From: Patescibacteria group bacterium
Lineage (GTDB): Bacteria > Patescibacteriota > Patescibacteriia > UBA1558 > GWA2-36-10
Direction of reading: 5' to 3'
NCBI GenBank assembly: GCA_041665545.1
Contig: JBAYIQ010000001.1
Coordinates: 44 to 64,043 of the forward strand
Length of the DNA: 64,000 nt
Position 1 is the stretch's first letter; each line of letters opens with the position of its first letter. Below are positions 61,019-64,000 of the stretch, piece after piece. Under the pieces are notes generated by a model. It was not told the origin of the DNA. It searched no databases and worked only from the letters and a program-made list of their open reading frames with translations. The position numbers and the translations under genes are program-made.

Positions 61019-61318
61019 AAAAAAAGACCTCGCAGCGCGTGCTACGAGGCCTATGGAACTGGAGGGGTTTGGGCGATGACTAACACCCGGTGAGACGAGC
61101 TCCGCAGAGCAGTCGAGGTGTTGAGGGTAAAACCCCCGTTACCCCTCGTCTTTTGGGTATTTTGCTGTCCTTTTTGAAGCTGACATCGCCCAAGACCCCA
61201 TCAATTTGAGGACCGCCGCCTGGCACCTAAGTGCGAAAGTAGGTAGGCACCTTCAACGAGTGAAAGTGGGCCTCCATGCCTCCCCAACTGGCTACCTACA
61301 GCGGTCCGAAATGTTCGA
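61019..61318 (-). ncRNA. Putative two-domain structured ncRNA (unit 2)
   Basis: TTGACA-16-TATAAT at 61352-61325; long-range stems; terminator at 61019-61052. Confidence 0.6.
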
Positions 61319-61354
61319 GATGACATTATACACTATATATTGATTCTGTCAAGG

Positions 61355-61640
61355 GGTAGGCAGACCCCAGTACTTAGGGCACTGATGCTTGCTTATATTA
61401 CCCAAGGCAGACTAGCACCACGTCTCGCCCCGTAGCGACCCCACATTACGGGGTCGCTTATGGGGTCAAGGGGTAAAGTTAAAGGGACCCACATTTCTAT
61501 GGATCCCCTGTTTTTGGAGGGGGATTGTCTTGTTGGCCACATTTGTCGCTGGGATCTTACCAGCTTGTATGCCGGGATCGTACCGGCTCTCCGCTCTGCT
61601 TCGCTCCAGTGGCTCTTGTTCCAAGAACAATCCCCCCCTT
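61355..61640 (-). ncRNA. Putative structured ncRNA (unit 3)
   Basis: gggggattgt/acaatccccc closing stem, twin hairpins, further GC hairpins; promoter unclear. Confidence 0.5.
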
Positions 61641-61672
61641 AAACATGTACAGTAATTTATATTTATGTTAGC

Positions 61673-61934
61673 AAAAAAAATAGAGCCCCGCAAGTGTAAA
61701 CACCGGCGAGGCCCAAAATCGATCCCAGGTACCAATCAGGTCCAAATGGCTAGTTTTGAGCCGGTACTTTGGGGGGCCGAGTCCTTCGGGCAGTTACGCC
61801 TCAGTCCTTGGCAAGGTGAAAATTCCCCTTTTCCTAGCTCTTACAGAAAGGTGTCGCCCGAATTAATATCGGACCATTTCTGCGCCATCTTGGAGCCCAT
61901 CAGACCCTGGGATCTTAAGACAAGAACAAGATAG
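61673..61934 (-). ncRNA. Putative structured ncRNA (unit 4)
   Basis: TTGACA-17-TATTGT at 61969-61941; gatcccagg/cctgggatc closing stem; terminator at 61673-61714. Confidence 0.55.
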
Positions 61935-62023
61935 GTGGTTACAATATATTATTTTATTATTTTTGTCAAGTCAAAAAGCCGGCCAAAAGACCGGGTGCGA
62001 AATTTCTAAACCCTAATCACTAA

Positions 62024-63067
62024 CTACAATATGGTTGCGCTAGCGATCAAATCATTTTTTAAGTAGACCACAATTGACTGACCAGAAGCCACGCCTTTTT
62101 GTTTTTGCTTAAAGAGGACTCTATCAGGATAAAGAATGATATTTTGATCTGTCTGTCGATAGCGAATTTTTGCTTTGGCTGAAAAGGGTAGTTTTTTAGG
62201 TTTTCCCAGCCACGCAATCTTAGATATTTTTACAGATTTTTGGTAAAGATCAAGCTCCCCTTCTTTGGCCACATATAAAACATTATTTCTGACATCTTTC
62301 TTTGACACAAACCACGGACCATTGGGCAAATCCAAACCCTTTCTCTGGCCAATAGTATAATACCAAACACCATCGTGCTGGCCCAGTTTTACTCCTTGAG
62401 TATTTAAGATGCTTCCTTTTTTGGGTTTTATTTTTTGCTGTAAAAAAGTTTTGAGATTGATCTTGCCGATAAAACAGATGCCCTGACTATCGGGTCGTTC
62501 GGAATTTATTAATTTTGCTTTTTTAGCTATTGCCCTGACCTTTGGTTTGGTCAAATGACCTATAGGAAAAATGGTTTTGGCCAACTGTTTTTGACTCAGG
62601 CCAGATAAAAAGTAAGATTGGTCTTTATTTTTATCAGTAGCTTTTAGTAGATGATATACTTGGCCAGTTTTTGTAATTTTAGCGTAATGACCAGTGGCAA
62701 TTTTATCAAAACCCAAAAGCATGGCTTTGTCTAAAAAAAGCTTAAATTTAATTTCACTGTTGCACAATATGTCTGGGTTGGGTGTCTGGCCTTTTTGGTA
62801 AGTAGCAAAAATATATTTAACAATTTTTTGGTAATATTCTTTTTCAAAATTAAAAGTTCGGATTGGCACCTGTAATTGCGCGGCAATACGATAAGCCATG
62901 ATTCTGTCTTCTTTCCAAGGGCAATTACCTTTTAGATTAACTCTCTCGGAAAAATTTTTCATAAAAGCGGCCTCAACATCATAACCTTGTTTTTTTAATA
63001 AATACAAAGCAACAGCGCTGTCCACGCCACCAGATAATGCTACTAGAATTTTATCTTTTTTTCGCAT
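62024..63067 (-). CDS. mnmA: tRNA 2-thiouridylase
   Basis: SGGVDS, TPNPDILCN, ATGHY, DQSYFL, DSQGICF. Confidence 0.96.
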   Translation of the reverse strand: MRKKDKILVALSGGVDSAVALYLLKKQGYDVEAAFMKNFSERVNLKGNCPWKEDRIMAYRIAAQLQVPIRTFNFEKEYYQKIVKYIFATYQKGQTPNPDILCNSEIKFKLFLDKAMLLGFDKIATGHYAKITKTGQVYHLLKATDKNKDQSYFLSGLSQKQLAKTIFPIGHLTKPKVRAIAKKAKLINSERPDSQGICFIGKINLKTFLQQKIKPKKGSILNTQGVKLGQHDGVWYYTIGQRKGLDLPNGPWFVSKKDVRNNVLYVAKEGELDLYQKSVKISKIAWLGKPKKLPFSAKAKIRYRQTDQNIILYPDRVLFKQKQKGVASGQSIVVYLKNDLIASATIL

Positions 63068-63208
63068 ATCAAATTAAATCACTTCAAATTATACTATAAA
63101 AAATAGCTTGTTTTGTCAATTATTTTAATATTGACATTTACCCTTTTTGAGAGTAATTTGTATGTAAATATCGACCAGCTCTGGCAATACCACGAAAGGA
63201 GGGCAACC

Positions 63209-63496
63209 ATGAGCCAGCCAGATACGTCCAAAGATGCCACAGCGGAAATGACCCGTTGCGTCATCATCGAGATCCATGTTCCTTCAGTTGATGCGGTCAG
63301 GGCCAAGGCTGCCCTAGACAAGATGTTTGTCGAAATGCCACAGTACCAGGAAGACCTGGGCTACGCTATCAGGGGCATCGGCCAAGATGGTCTGCACATC
63401 CACATTCGAGTCGCCGTCAGGCAACAGTGCGAGTGCATCACCCACATCAAGAAGATCTTCAGTCTTCTCGGGGTTGGTCTGCTTGATCACACCTAG
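63209..63496 (+). CDS. Hypothetical protein, stand-alone unit
   Basis: AAGGAGG RBS, TTGACA at 63131, terminator at 63501-63525. Confidence 0.65.
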   Translation: MSQPDTSKDATAEMTRCVIIEIHVPSVDAVRAKAALDKMFVEMPQYQEDLGYAIRGIGQDGLHIHIRVAVRQQCECITHIKKIFSLLGVGLLDHT

Positions 63497-63500
63497 GCAC

Positions 63501-63533
63501 AGGGCCAGTCAACACGACTGGCCCTAGTTTTTT
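63501..63533 (+). terminator. Intrinsic terminator
   Basis: agggccagtc-aacac-gactggccct followed by a T tract. Confidence 0.8.
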
Positions 63534-63927
63534 ATTTAATGAAACCAAAGTGTTTGAGTACGGACACAATATTTGGCGCCAGATTGTCGGGTAAGTTATT
63601 CAAATCAAACCAATCCCAAGCCCTGATATCTGAGCCCGGTTTAATTTCCCCTATTTTTTTGGCTAAATAGTGGACCAATAAAATATCTAGTCTATCGTCA
63701 TTTAAATCTTTGCTGGTCCAAACAACAAATGGTTCGGTGTTTAAAATTTCTAATTCAATTCCCATTTCTTCTTTGGCTTCACGTTTTGCCGCCTCAATCA
63801 AATTTTTTTCAAAATCCTCTACTCGGCCACCACAAAATTTTCAAAAATTATCATCGCCATGCTGATTTAGCAGGACTTTATTATTTTCGACAATGACTGG
63901 CCCCGAGGCGATAATAATATGTTTCAT
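63532..63927 (-). pseudogene. NUDIX hydrolase with an in-frame TGA at codon 29
   Basis: MKHIIIASGPVIV…DDNF*KFCGG…AAKREAKEE. Confidence 0.75.
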
Positions 63928-64000
63928 AACTATCTACCTATTTTAAATATTGACATAGTTTCAACGGCTTTCATAGCCAAGCTGATTCTCTGTCGATTGC

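Noticed and set aside
60639-61934. ORFs 60639-60830, 61460-61642, 61466-61735 and 61665-61934
   Set aside because: They cross promoter or terminator boundaries, lack an RBS, and are expected by chance in GC-rich structured DNA.
60652-61969. tmRNA, RNase P, SRP, tRNA or CRISPR identity for the array
   Set aside because: No GAGGAAAGTCC, SRP GGAA-loop motif, T-loop/CCA end, or regularly spaced identical repeats seen by eye.
63841-63843. Alternative genetic code (TGA reassigned)
   Set aside because: All core genes are intact under code 11 and TGA is used as a stop.

Overview
AT-rich bacterial chromosome segment read with the standard code. Gene content and style (many small orphans, few Shine-Dalgarno sites, short alaS, rplM and rpoA) suggest a CPR/Patescibacteria genome; this is inference. 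The left half (1-33.7 kb) is almost entirely + strand: an accessory block (Fic, HD, ClpP-class protease, Cys-repeat surface proteins, SGNH plus acyltransferase), murC and murB, the infA-rpmJ-rpsMKD-rpoA-rplQ-rplM-rpsI operon, a flippase/glycosyltransferase/O-antigen-ligase cluster, lysS-serS-alr-ftsQ and a Xer-type recombinase. The right half is mostly - strand: M23 peptidase, gltX, S41 protease, secA, hpf, alaS, mnmA and many accessory genes. The strand switch sits next to a 28-bp dif-like site directly upstream of the xer gene, so the window probably spans the replication terminus. Most notable: (1) a 1.35-kb stretch without credible ORFs (60.65-61.97 kb), beside an orphan FliA/WhiG-type sigma factor, made of four tandem GC-rich, highly base-paired putative ncRNAs, three with their own sigma70 promoter, plus a fifth such unit after xer; (2) short duplications of housekeeping-gene termini (murC start; secA, M23 and rpsI ends) bracketing inserted genes or palindromes; (3) a small inverted-repeat element sitting exactly at ATGAA start codons; (4) a palindromic element inserted in frame in an O-antigen ligase gene. 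All structure and alignment calls were made by eye, without computation.
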